Shown here: in pieces, positions 46,138-56,296 of the stretch
Layout: each line of letters starts with the position of its first letter
How positions within the stretch are numbered: the first letter of the stretch is position 1
Virus record (IMG/VR): IMGVR_UViG_3300037010_001702
Span: 1 to 64,000 of that record
Strand: one strand, 5' to 3'
Length of the DNA stretch: 64,000 bases
Notes under the pieces: generated by a model
Seen by the model: only the letters and a program-made list of their open reading frames with translations
What the model was told of the DNA's origin: nothing
Databases searched by the model: none
Program-made: the position numbers and the translations under genes

Positions 46138-47838
46138 ATGTATCTCTTAAAACTTCTTCAGGAAGCAAGTTCCCTTAAAATTTCTGATCTCAAGAAGGCT
46201 ATCAAGAAGGATAAGCGTGCAGCTATTATCTTCGACAAGGACTTGTCACTTGAGAACATCAGAGACAAGGACGGTTTTCTTGCAACCCTTAAGTACTACT
46301 TCTTCAACAACCAAGAAGTAAGAGATTTCATTGCAGCACGTCACAGCATCAAGGAAATTAACAAGTTAGAGTTTGACGATCTTAAGAAGAAGCAGGGCAA
46401 GGATCTTACCCAAGCAGACCTTTATCAAATTCAGGACATGGTTAACATTGTTTTCAAGGAGTACTCCGCAGTAGATCGCGGATCAATGTCAGCTGAACTC
46501 AAGCGTGAGCTTAGTAAGTGGATCAATACATCAGGTCGCTACTTTAACTTACCAAAGTGGGCTTTAGCTGAGCTGAAAAGCCTTCCAGGGGTTAGGCCGA
46601 ACAAGAGAGTCCTTCTTTACCGTGGTCTGCTGTTTAACAACAGCGATCTTGGGTCGCGCGAAAAGTACGATGGCACCCTTGAGATTGGTGATGGTCTAAA
46701 ATTCCTAAAGACAATACGTGAAGGTGGACGTGAAGTTGACCTTAAGTGGGACCGTCCTTCCAGCTGGACAACTGACAAGAGCATTGCGATCCAATTTGCA
46801 AAGTACGGACCTGCATCAAGTCACGTTAGTGCTATGATGGGATGGTTTGACAGTCAAATCGAAAAGCACGAGATAGATGGAGCCCTTGGCTACGTTATTT
46901 CGACATTCGCGAATCCAGAAGACATACTTTTGGACACCCAGTTAGTAACGCTTAATGGCAAGCATGGTAATGAAGGTGAGATGCTTCTTCAGCCAGGCGA
47001 ATACCTTACCAGAGTCGTTCACAAGTTCACTGTCAATGGTGAAGTTGACCCATCGATGAGCACGGCTGCTGATGAAGACCTGCCAGTCAGCAAAGCTATC
47101 AAGGCGACCGAAGAGCTTTCACAAACCTTTAAGGTTAGCGATCTCATAGACGTATCAGCTAAGGAATTAAAGCAGAACATTTGGGGTTCGAGTTCAGTAA
47201 AAATTCTTAACAATACCTCCCTCTTTAAGAAGCTTATTCTCAACAGTGCAACGACCGCAACGCTTCACGCCTATGATAAGCTGCTTGACTTCTACAAGCA
47301 CAACCTTGATTATCTGCAAGATGATGATCTACTCAATGACAAGTATGCTCACAGTGATGAGCTTCGTGAAAAGGTTCAGTCGCTTAAGAAGGTAGTTACG
47401 CGTTTCAGAAACACCATCAATCATTCAAAGTTCAAGTCAGATAAAAATCCAAATGCTAAGGGTAAGATGCACGAACTTTCCAGTGAAGAGTACCGTGCAA
47501 CCATTAAGTGCTACGATCTTGCTGACCTTGAAAAGCAGCTACTACTTCAGGGAAGAATAGTTGATCGTGAGGGACAAGTTGCATTTGGTAATCTTGCTAG
47601 CGCGCTGGGCATTGATCTTCCTGTACCAGCAGGGTTCGCAATGTTTGGCTCGGCAAAGCAGAAACCGGTCATCGATGAAGTAGTAAATGCCTTCTACAAT
47701 AAGATTGGTGTAGCAAAACCAGGTGATCTAAATGAAGCAATAAAGATGATGTTGAACCTAATTCGTAAGGCGTACCGCAATTACGAAATGATTCAGATGC
47801 TTGAACAATTACAATCTGACATTCAGGATATTAAATGA
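46138..47838 (+). CDS. ADP-ribosyltransferase-domain protein with leader (Alt-like role possible)
   Basis: LLYRGL...SSWTTD..IA.QFA...NEGEMLL (R-S-ExE); leader MYLLKLLQE; ATAAATA at 46099; the ORF-track start 45856 is read-through from the macrodomain remnant. Confidence 0.7.
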   Translation: MYLLKLLQEASSLKISDLKKAIKKDKRAAIIFDKDLSLENIRDKDGFLATLKYYFFNNQEVRDFIAARHSIKEINKLEFDDLKKKQGKDLTQADLYQIQDMVNIVFKEYSAVDRGSMSAELKRELSKWINTSGRYFNLPKWALAELKSLPGVRPNKRVLLYRGLLFNNSDLGSREKYDGTLEIGDGLKFLKTIREGGREVDLKWDRPSSWTTDKSIAIQFAKYGPASSHVSAMMGWFDSQIEKHEIDGALGYVISTFANPEDILLDTQLVTLNGKHGNEGEMLLQPGEYLTRVVHKFTVNGEVDPSMSTAADEDLPVSKAIKATEELSQTFKVSDLIDVSAKELKQNIWGSSSVKILNNTSLFKKLILNSATTATLHAYDKLLDFYKHNLDYLQDDDLLNDKYAHSDELREKVQSLKKVVTRFRNTINHSKFKSDKNPNAKGKMHELSSEEYRATIKCYDLADLEKQLLLQGRIVDREGQVAFGNLASALGIDLPVPAGFAMFGSAKQKPVIDEVVNAFYNKIGVAKPGDLNEAIKMMLNLIRKAYRNYEMIQMLEQLQSDIQDIK

Positions 47839-48959
47839 AACTACTCCAATTTCTTATAGAGCGAGCGCCTACCGAGGCAGCAAAGGCTGCAGAATTTCTT
47901 GTCCCATTCATCTGCAATAAGGCAGGTGTTGAGGAGATGAGAGGCAAGCGCGGTTCAGACTATAACATTTCTAACCAATACCAGATTCGTGTTAAGCCAA
48001 CTGACAAGGATGATGAGCTTGACCTAATCCTAGCTCGCATTGAGAAGGTTCTTAAGACACCAGATGCAAAGAAGCTTGGTATCTCTAATGCCAAGACAAA
48101 TGATCTATCAGCCAATTCAAGCAAGTTTTCAAGCGTTTCATTTGAGTGTGAAGGAATTATCTACGATGTAGTCGTAGCTCGGGGTGGTAACAAAGGTGAG
48201 AACTTTGAGAAGGATATACTAGTAAAGATGGACAACTTGGTTGGTGGAATTGAAAGCTCTGAAGAAGCAGAAGCTGCTTTCAAGGCCCTTGAAAAGGTAG
48301 ACCCCGTCTTTAAGATCACGAACATCGCGAATGTTACAGCTCGTTCTGGTTCCACTAAGCGCTCGGGAGACTTATCACCAGATGATATTGGTAAGATCAT
48401 CGCTGATGTTATCGTCGAGCTAAAGAATGGAGATAAGAAGTACATCTCAATAAAGAATCAAGATGGTAAAACTGTTGGGCAGTTCGGCCTATCAGCTGCA
48501 TTCAATGACGACTTAACTGTCAACACTAACTCTTCAGAATGGAAGACGTGGCTAGCTCCATTTGGTCTTGACCCAAAGAAAATTACCGCTGGTTTGGAAG
48601 CATCACAAAGTGGTGATGACCTTGACTTTGATGATGTTGAGGAAATGTCAAAGAAGGTAACGTCAGAATCAGCTGTTCACAAGATTATGCAGAAAATGTG
48701 GGGTTCGAACTACTACTATCTCCGCCACACGGGTAAGGACTTTAAGGCGCTAAAGATCGATGCTGACTACGTCAATAAATCACTTCTCAAGGACCTTGTT
48801 GTGACGAAGATTTGTTATCCGTCAAAGGATAGAAAGCAGATCAACATCTACCTGCATAGCGTCACTATGAACTTTAAGCTTGAGGTTAGAAACCCAAGAG
48901 GAAAGGGATCAGCTAAACCTACCCAGATTCAGCTGACAGTGATGAAGGGTGCTAAGTAA
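47835..48959 (+). CDS. PD-(D/E)xK-like nuclease with leader
   Basis: GNKGENFE...IADV......YISIK; leader MKLLQFLIE. Confidence 0.55.
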   Translation: MKLLQFLIERAPTEAAKAAEFLVPFICNKAGVEEMRGKRGSDYNISNQYQIRVKPTDKDDELDLILARIEKVLKTPDAKKLGISNAKTNDLSANSSKFSSVSFECEGIIYDVVVARGGNKGENFEKDILVKMDNLVGGIESSEEAEAAFKALEKVDPVFKITNIANVTARSGSTKRSGDLSPDDIGKIIADVIVELKNGDKKYISIKNQDGKTVGQFGLSAAFNDDLTVNTNSSEWKTWLAPFGLDPKKITAGLEASQSGDDLDFDDVEEMSKKVTSESAVHKIMQKMWGSNYYYLRHTGKDFKALKIDADYVNKSLLKDLVVTKICYPSKDRKQINIYLHSVTMNFKLEVRNPRGKGSAKPTQIQLTVMKGAK

Positions 48960-49003
48960 CCTGACACCCATAAATAAAATGTTAATCAAGAGGATTAGGA
49001 GAT

Positions 49004-49336
49004 ATGGCTAAAAGCTCAGAATACGAACATCACCAGCCACGGGCAGGCATTAAGAAGAAACAAAAGGTCTACAATGAGGAAGCGGTTCTTGAATCAAGAG
49101 GCTCACGCGTTAGCTTCAAGAATTACATTCGACAGCTTCGTGAGGAAGAAATTGCTCAAGAGGGTAATGGTGAAGAGTACGCTGTTCACGGTGGTATCAT
49201 CGATGATGGTGGCGACTTTATTGGTAAAGAGCTTGCTGTCTTCGTAACAGAAGATGAAGCCCAAGATGAGGTAGATCGTCTTTATGACTTAGAGCCAGAA
49301 GGTTCTTCTAAAGTTTATAGAGTCATTCCAGTTTAA
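49004..49336 (+). CDS. Late hypothetical protein
   Basis: TAAATA at 48971; AGGAG RBS. Confidence 0.7.
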   Translation: MAKSSEYEHHQPRAGIKKKQKVYNEEAVLESRGSRVSFKNYIRQLREEEIAQEGNGEEYAVHGGIIDDGGDFIGKELAVFVTEDEAQDEVDRLYDLEPEGSSKVYRVIPV

Positions 49337-49348
49337 CCTAGGACAAAC

Positions 49349-49849
49349 ATGTTAGTAGTTCCGCTCTATAAAGATACCATTGAAACAAGGGATGGTGCTA
49401 AGTACAAGGTAGTTGAGTACACCAACTATAAGGATGGTGGTCCAGCTGTCTACGCTAAACCAGTTGATGGTGGAGGTGTTGCACTTGTTTACTTCTTTGA
49501 CATCGCGTCAATCAATGGGACCAAGGTAGACTATTTGAAGGGTGCTAAGATTTTCCAAGCACTTGGAAAGATAAAGCGTCTTCAGCAGCTCCCACAACCA
49601 GACGACAAGATAGTCGTTCTTACCGACAACATCTCTGACGATGATGATGTAGGCAAGGAGAAGGCGGAGGTTGATAGCTTGAAGCTCAAATCAAAATCCC
49701 TCGGAATTAACAAAGGACTCTTTGTGAAGGACTCTAATGGTGTTTACCATCGTTTAAAGCAGATACTTGACATCACGCCAGCTCTTGGTGGCAGTGCCTT
49801 TAATCGTGAAGAATTTTTAAAATACTACAAGCACTATACTGGAGTTTGA
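49349..49849 (+). CDS. Hypothetical protein
   Basis: 166-aa ORF, AGGA RBS. Confidence 0.7.
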   Translation: MLVVPLYKDTIETRDGAKYKVVEYTNYKDGGPAVYAKPVDGGGVALVYFFDIASINGTKVDYLKGAKIFQALGKIKRLQQLPQPDDKIVVLTDNISDDDDVGKEKAEVDSLKLKSKSLGINKGLFVKDSNGVYHRLKQILDITPALGGSAFNREEFLKYYKHYTGV

Positions 49850-49850
49850 A

Positions 49851-50078
49851 ATGGCTAAATTACTCGGACAGGAAATTGTAACACACGATGAATTTAAAAA
49901 CTTTCTTGAAGATGATGTTAAGAAGCTAAAACACACATGTGCTGATTACCAATGCGCTGTTATTGATGCTCAGGCTCAAATGTCAGACTTGAAGTCAAGG
50001 TTTCTAGCTGTTATGGTAGTTTCAGCCACGGCCATAGTGGTCTCAATCGGGACGCTGCTTTTTGCCTTTCTGCACTAA
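49851..50078 (+). CDS. Coiled-coil protein with C-terminal membrane helix
   Basis: FLAVMVVSATAIVVSIGTLLFAFL. Confidence 0.65.
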   Translation: MAKLLGQEIVTHDEFKNFLEDDVKKLKHTCADYQCAVIDAQAQMSDLKSRFLAVMVVSATAIVVSIGTLLFAFLH

Positions 50079-50103
50079 ATAATAGAATCAATGTGGAAGT
50101 GCC

Positions 50104-50322
50104 ATGTCAAAATTTGGGTTAATATCGGGATTAGCGGAAGACGCTAAGACGCCAAAGGTAAAGTATCAGCTTTTTGAAGTTGAGATGGGCTTTGAAAAGG
50201 CCACAGTTCTGATTCCCTATATTGATGCTGAACAATTTGAAACAAGGGTATCCCAAGTAAAACCAAAGAGCATTTCGGCTCTAAGTAAGCTTGCTGAAGA
50301 ATTTGGAGGCTCTGTACAATGA
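50104..50322 (+). CDS. Late hypothetical protein
   Basis: TAAATA at 50076. Confidence 0.65.
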   Translation: MSKFGLISGLAEDAKTPKVKYQLFEVEMGFEKATVLIPYIDAEQFETRVSQVKPKSISALSKLAEEFGGSVQ

Positions 50323-51083
50323 GTCTATTGCAGCTATTCGCGAATAACGCGGTTTCACTTTTAAACGCGCCTCTTGGAATTTCAGCTACATCTATTCAGG
50401 TTCAGCCGGGTCTTGGCGCTGAATTTCCGCTCCCATTAAATCCTGGCGAGTTCTTTCTTGTTACGCTTGAAGACGTAGCCAACCCATCTAAGCGTGAAAT
50501 TGTAAAAATCATCGCACGTGCTGGCGATACGCTCATCATCGACGCGGCTGGCCGCGGCCAAGAAGGAACGATAGCACAAGACTGGGCTGCAGGCGATACT
50601 CTTGTTGATCATAGAGTTACAGCTGAAACTATGCGGCAAGCGTTCCTTCAGCCGGATGCTATCCCTGGTCCTAAGGGAGATAAAGGCGACAAGGGAGATA
50701 AAGGCGATCCCGGCTCTCCTGGAACTGGTGGAAGCATCTCTGGTTCTAACCAAGACCCTGTAGTAGTTGATCCAGCTTGGACAACATCAGTCTCTACCCC
50801 AATTCCCTACTCTGATCTTAAAAGAGGTCATAAGTTCTGGGTAACTCTCTTCTGTCCTGCCAATGGCTTAGCTCAAACATTTGAAGTATTAGCTATTATT
50901 CAAGGGTTAGTTGACACCACTAATGAAACAGTTGACTGGACAAGAACTAACAGGATTGGATATGACTTCCTTGGATCGATTAACATTGTCCTGGACCAAG
51001 CAAACAACACGCTTGCGCTAGCTTGGACAAATTCTGAGCCGCTTATGTCCGTTACTGTATCAGTGGCACATCTTTCACTATAA
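50319..51083 (+). CDS. Virion structural protein with short collagen-like repeat
   Basis: FANNA.S.L...EIVK...RGQEGT.A..W.AG...R.TA; GPKGDKGDKGDKGDPG. Confidence 0.75.
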   Translation: MSLLQLFANNAVSLLNAPLGISATSIQVQPGLGAEFPLPLNPGEFFLVTLEDVANPSKREIVKIIARAGDTLIIDAAGRGQEGTIAQDWAAGDTLVDHRVTAETMRQAFLQPDAIPGPKGDKGDKGDKGDPGSPGTGGSISGSNQDPVVVDPAWTTSVSTPIPYSDLKRGHKFWVTLFCPANGLAQTFEVLAIIQGLVDTTNETVDWTRTNRIGYDFLGSINIVLDQANNTLALAWTNSEPLMSVTVSVAHLSL

Positions 51084-51156
51084 CAGACCATATCTAATAA
51101 ATAAGATTTATAAACTCAACTGCTCGTTTGTCGGGCTAATTTTTAGGAGACACTAA

Positions 51157-52557
51157 ATGTCACAAGATTTTTTCCGCATTGAGCGTGGCCTGGAGCTCGA
51201 TGAAACAGTACAAATACTTCAGGGTTCTGGAGCACCAGGCGCAGCAGGTGATACATCAATTGCACCAGTAGGTTCAACATATCAAGACAACACCGACGGT
51301 TCCCTTTACACGAAGATTGCTTCTGGTGTTGGTGTTGTCAAATGGCAAAAGATGGCATCTGAAAAGTATGTCAACGACGCCGTTGGTGCTACTATTTCTT
51401 GGAGAGAACCAGCTATCGTTCGTGATAACGTAGCTACAGTTCTTCCAACGTCCACAGCAACATCGCCAATCGTTGTTGATGGTGTAACAGTTACAGATGG
51501 TGGTAGAGTTCTTTTCTCTGCTATCGTTGGTGGTCTTGGTAAGAACATCTATATTTACAACCAAGCAACAGGAACATTCACAGAAGACAGCAACCAAGAA
51601 TCTTCTGGTGATGCAACCTACATTCAATCTGGTACATCCGCTGGTAAGACATTCGTTTACAATGGTACTCAGTGGGTTCTTACTGACCAATCTTCTCTTG
51701 ACGAAGAAGGTTACATTCGCGCTTTCGTTGGTAAGTCTGGTTCTGGTAACGTTCTTCCAACTTACAGCACAACAAACTTCATTGCTGATGGGTCAAATCT
51801 TGAAGTTGCTATCGGCGCATTAGATGGTGAAATTGGTGCTAATGTAAATCTTGGCGCATATGTTACTCCAGCTAATACTGTAAATGCTAACATTCAAGCT
51901 CTTGATACAGAAATTGGTGCTAATGTTTCTGCTGGTAACCACATCTCCCCAGCAAATACTGTTAACAAAAATATCCAAGCTCTTGATACCTTCACTGGTG
52001 TAACACTTGCAGCTGGTAACTTCATTACTGCTGGTGAAAAGCTTTCTGCTGCTATCACAACTCTTGACAGCGAACTTGGTCCTAATGTTGCAGTTGGCAA
52101 CTTTGTAGATCCAACAGCAAAAATTAACCAAAATATTCAAGCTCTTGATACACAGATTGGTGCTAATGTTCTTGCTGGACAGTATGTATCACCAGCTGTT
52201 AGCACCAATGCTAACGTTCAAGCTCTTGATACAGCAATTGCTACAACAAGCAAGCAAGTTGCAGTTACTAATATCACTGCGGTTCAAACAGTTGATACTG
52301 CAGTCGGTGCAGCTAGCGCTAAATGGTTGGTAAGAGTTGAGAATGCTGCTGACCCAACAAATGTTTACTCTACAGAAGTTTATGCTGTTTCAAATGGTGT
52401 ATCTGCAGACTATACACGCTATGCTACCCTTAAGATTGGTGCTTCTATTATGGGCTTGACAGTTACTGTTGACCTTAGTGGAACTGATCTTCGTCTTCGG
52501 GTTGCATCAACAGGCGCAGTCAATGTTATCGCACGTAGAGTTGGTGTTATTGTTTAA
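51157..52557 (+). CDS. Fibrous virion protein with about 6 repeats of a ~28-aa unit
   Basis: NIQALDTEIGANV..G..V.P repeats; TAAATA at 51098. Confidence 0.8.
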   Translation: MSQDFFRIERGLELDETVQILQGSGAPGAAGDTSIAPVGSTYQDNTDGSLYTKIASGVGVVKWQKMASEKYVNDAVGATISWREPAIVRDNVATVLPTSTATSPIVVDGVTVTDGGRVLFSAIVGGLGKNIYIYNQATGTFTEDSNQESSGDATYIQSGTSAGKTFVYNGTQWVLTDQSSLDEEGYIRAFVGKSGSGNVLPTYSTTNFIADGSNLEVAIGALDGEIGANVNLGAYVTPANTVNANIQALDTEIGANVSAGNHISPANTVNKNIQALDTFTGVTLAAGNFITAGEKLSAAITTLDSELGPNVAVGNFVDPTAKINQNIQALDTQIGANVLAGQYVSPAVSTNANVQALDTAIATTSKQVAVTNITAVQTVDTAVGAASAKWLVRVENAADPTNVYSTEVYAVSNGVSADYTRYATLKIGASIMGLTVTVDLSGTDLRLRVASTGAVNVIARRVGVIV

Positions 52558-52576
52558 TTTTTAAAGGTTACGTCTT

Positions 52577-55500
52577 GTGGCGGATATCAGTCTCTCATTC
52601 TCAGCTGAAGGTGGTATCAGCCTTGATGATCTTGTAGGTATTTTCACAGGAACAACGGACCCTAGTATTGCTGGTGAAACAGCTCCATTAGGTTCGCTGT
52701 TCATTCGTCAAAATGGACAGTTATTTCAGAAGATCGGTCCTCTCGATACAGATTGGATCGGTTTTTCTCAAGGACTTTCCGAAGCCGTAAAGATTTCATC
52801 AACTGATACGACGCCCAACTATCTTAACTCTAAGTTAGTAGTTGCTGCTGCACTCATTAAAGATGTCATCAATAGTGGTGGCAATGAGACTCTTCTATTA
52901 GACCTTTCAGATGTAGGTACTCCTGGTACCTACACAAAGATTACTACTGATTCAAAAGGTCGTGTAATTTCTGCTTCTAATCCAACTACTCTTAGCGGAT
53001 ATGGAATTACAGATGCACAGCCGTTAGATCAAACTTTATCAGCTTTAGCTGTCTTTAATACCAATGGTATTTTAGTTCAGACTGCTCCTGATACATTTGC
53101 TGGTAGAACTATTACTGGCACAGCAAATCAAATTAGCATTCTTAACGGTAGTGGAGTTACTGGCAATCCAGTCATATCTCTTCCAACGTCAATGCTCACA
53201 TTGCCAGGCACAGAGGGTTTCATTCCTCCTTCCGGCACTACTGCCCAGCGTGTTGATATAACGGGTTATACTCGCTTCAATGCAACTACGTCTCGTTTAG
53301 AATATTTTGATGGCACTGTGTGGGTTCAAGTTGATCCATCTACTGGTGGTACTGTAACTTCTATTGCGGTAAATGCTCCATCATCTGGCATTCAAGTATC
53401 TGGTTCTCCTATCACTACTTCAGGGACAATTGTTCTTTCATTAGCCAATGATTTGGCCAGTGTTGAAGGTCTTAATGGTTTAGGTTTTGCTACTCGTATA
53501 GCAACTGATACATGGACTACACGAACTATAAATGGAACTACCGGTAGAGTTGCTGTTACGAATGGTGATGGCATCAGTGGCAGTCCAACTATTGATATTG
53601 ACTCTGCTTATGTAGGTCAATCTTCTATTTCAACTGTTGGCGTTATTAATTCTGGTATCTGGGAAGGTACCGTCATCAATACTCAATTTGGTGGTACAGG
53701 TCGTAGCACAATAGGCAATGCTAATACACTTCTTGGCGTTGCTACTACTGGAACAGAGTTAGAATATAAAGAGCTAGTTGGTGGTAATGGCATCAACCTT
53801 GCGCCAACACCACAGCAGATTCTTATCTCCAATACAGGTGTCTTAAAGATAACTGGAACAGCCAATCAAGTTGCAGTAACTCCTACACTTGGTACGGGCT
53901 ACGTAACTCTTTCTCTTCCACAGAATATTGATGCAACAGCATCTCCAGTCTTTGCAGAAGTAACAGTTGCAGCAGATCCAACTCAGCCTTTCCATCTCGC
54001 TACTAAGCATTATGTTGATAACGCTATTCAAGGCTTGCAGGTAAAAGCATCTGTTAAAGCTGCTACAACTGCTAATGTCACGCTTAGTGGTGAGCAAACA
54101 ATAGATGGCATTGTTCTTGTAACTGGTGATAGAGTTCTCGTAAAGAACCAATCAGCTCCAGCTGAAAATGGTATCTATGTTGTTGATGCAGCTTCTTGGG
54201 CACGCGCAGCAGATGTTGATGATTGGGCAGAAGTTCCTGCAGCATTTACATTCGTTGAAGAGGGTAATACTCTTCAAGATACTGGCTGGATTTCTACAGC
54301 TATATCCGGTGGTTCACTTGGCACAACAGCAATTGAATGGGTGCAGTTCAGTTCTGCTGGCATCATTCAAGCTGGTACTGGTCTTACTAAGAATGGTAAT
54401 GTAGTTTCAATTGCTAACACAGCTGTTTCACCTGGTGCCGGCTATAATAATTTTAGTGTAAATGCACAGGGCCAAGTAATCCTTGCATCAACTATCCCCT
54501 ACCTGACGAACAACCAGACAATTGTTCTTGGTGGTGATGTTAGCGGTAGTGGTACTAATGCGATTACTACAACACTTTCTGCAACAGGTGTTGAAGCAGG
54601 CACTTATACTTCTGTAACAGTAGATACAAAAGGGCGTGTAACTGCTGGCACAAATCCAAATACCTTAGCTGGATATGGAATTACAGATGCGCAGCCACTA
54701 AATTCGTATATTACTGCAGTCACTGGTTTAGGTAATGGTATTGTCATCAAGGATGGTGATCTTGCTTTCTCTCGCGCTATAATTGCTGGCTCCTCAAAGG
54801 TTTCAGTTATTGATGGTGATGGTATTATTGGCAACCCAACAGTTGATGTTGTTGAAGCTAACCTCGATCTAAATAATATCAGTGGCACTTTAGCCATTAC
54901 TAAGGGTGGTACTAATCTAACTACACTTGGTACTTCTAACCAAGTACTTGCTGTAAATGTTGCAGCGAATGGTTTAGAGTACAAGACATTCACCGGAACA
55001 AATATCATTGTTACTTCAACAGACAATGAAATTAATTTCGAGACAGTTAACAATGGTACAGTAACTTCAGTTGATGTTCTTGGTTCAACAGGAATTACTT
55101 CTACAGGCGGTCCAGTAACTTCAAGTGGTTCTATCCAACTTACTTTGAGTGCTGAGCTTCAAGGATTATCAGCTCTAAGTGCTCTAGGATTTGTAACTCG
55201 CACTGCTTCTAATACATATACAGCTAGATCAATAGTTTCTGGTGCTAGCACCATTTCTATTACTAACCCAATGGGAACTGCTGGAAATATTGGGTTGGAT
55301 CTATCAACAGTAGGAACACCTGGTAATTATTACAAAGTTACTACTGATATTTTCGGCCGTGTAACATCTGGTGCAACAACAATTCCTTGGTCCGTAATCA
55401 ACCTTACTCCAACTACATTAGCTGGATATGGAATTACAGATGCGCAGCCGTTAAATACCATTCTAACTGGAGTTGTAAACTCTCCATTTAATGGGTTAAT

Positions 55501-56284
55501 GGTAAAGAATGGAACAAGTGGAGTTATTCGTACTATAGTAGCAACAACTCCAAAGATTGTTGTAACTAATGGCGATGGTAGTGCTGGCAATCCTTCTATT
55601 GATCTTGGCACTGTTAATCTTGGTGACCTAGCTAATGCCGTTGTTCCCACTCCATTAGCTGGTGATTCACTAGTATTTGATGGTACTAATTGGGTAAATG
55701 GTTCTGTTACTCCTAAGCTTTATGCTGAGCATCATGTATCAGAAGTTCCACCTGTTGCAGTGGGAATCAATTCTATTGCTCTTGGCTCTGCTGCAACCGC
55801 TGATGCTCATGATTCGATTGCACTTGGTGTGCAATCTCTTTCTAGATTGCCAGGTATCACTCAAGCTAATGGTCGTTTTGCAACTCAGGGCGATGCACAA
55901 GCAGGCAAATATCTTCTTAGAACTGGAACTATTAATGCACTCACTGCAGAGATGTTCTTAGATGGAACTAATGGTTCAGAAAGACTGCAGCTTGCTTCTG
56001 ATATGACCTGGGTGTGGGAAGCAACTATTATTGCGCACCGCACTGATAGTTCAGATCATGCAGGTTTCAAAATTAAGGGTGTGACTTACTGTGGCGCATC
56101 TCTAAATAGTATCACTATGCTAGGAAATCCTACCAAGGAAATCTTGGCTCGCAGCGACTCTTCATGGGATGTATCAGCTTCAGTTGATCCAACTCAGGGG
56201 TCTTTAAAATTGACAGTAAAAGGTGCTACCGGGCAATCAATCAGATGGTTCGCTGTAGTAGAAACAACAGAAGTTACAAACTAG
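52577..56284 (+). CDS. Tail-fibre protein
   Basis: 1235 aa; GTYTK.T.D.KGR and TL.GYGITDAQPL x3; GDRVLVKNQ domain. Confidence 0.85.
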   Translation: MADISLSFSAEGGISLDDLVGIFTGTTDPSIAGETAPLGSLFIRQNGQLFQKIGPLDTDWIGFSQGLSEAVKISSTDTTPNYLNSKLVVAAALIKDVINSGGNETLLLDLSDVGTPGTYTKITTDSKGRVISASNPTTLSGYGITDAQPLDQTLSALAVFNTNGILVQTAPDTFAGRTITGTANQISILNGSGVTGNPVISLPTSMLTLPGTEGFIPPSGTTAQRVDITGYTRFNATTSRLEYFDGTVWVQVDPSTGGTVTSIAVNAPSSGIQVSGSPITTSGTIVLSLANDLASVEGLNGLGFATRIATDTWTTRTINGTTGRVAVTNGDGISGSPTIDIDSAYVGQSSISTVGVINSGIWEGTVINTQFGGTGRSTIGNANTLLGVATTGTELEYKELVGGNGINLAPTPQQILISNTGVLKITGTANQVAVTPTLGTGYVTLSLPQNIDATASPVFAEVTVAADPTQPFHLATKHYVDNAIQGLQVKASVKAATTANVTLSGEQTIDGIVLVTGDRVLVKNQSAPAENGIYVVDAASWARAADVDDWAEVPAAFTFVEEGNTLQDTGWISTAISGGSLGTTAIEWVQFSSAGIIQAGTGLTKNGNVVSIANTAVSPGAGYNNFSVNAQGQVILASTIPYLTNNQTIVLGGDVSGSGTNAITTTLSATGVEAGTYTSVTVDTKGRVTAGTNPNTLAGYGITDAQPLNSYITAVTGLGNGIVIKDGDLAFSRAIIAGSSKVSVIDGDGIIGNPTVDVVEANLDLNNISGTLAITKGGTNLTTLGTSNQVLAVNVAANGLEYKTFTGTNIIVTSTDNEINFETVNNGTVTSVDVLGSTGITSTGGPVTSSGSIQLTLSAELQGLSALSALGFVTRTASNTYTARSIVSGASTISITNPMGTAGNIGLDLSTVGTPGNYYKVTTDIFGRVTSGATTIPWSVINLTPTTLAGYGITDAQPLNTILTGVVNSPFNGLMVKNGTSGVIRTIVATTPKIVVTNGDGSAGNPSIDLGTVNLGDLANAVVPTPLAGDSLVFDGTNWVNGSVTPKLYAEHHVSEVPPVAVGINSIALGSAATADAHDSIALGVQSLSRLPGITQANGRFATQGDAQAGKYLLRTGTINALTAEMFLDGTNGSERLQLASDMTWVWEATIIAHRTDSSDHAGFKIKGVTYCGASLNSITMLGNPTKEILARSDSSWDVSASVDPTQGSLKLTVKGATGQSIRWFAVVETTEVTN

Positions 56285-56296
56285 GGGAGTTCCTAA

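Noticed and set aside
45856-47838. 660-aa protein as given in the ORF track
   Set aside because: The first ~79 aa are the macrodomain C-half. An internal late box and a leader-bearing ATG at 46138 mark the likely real start.
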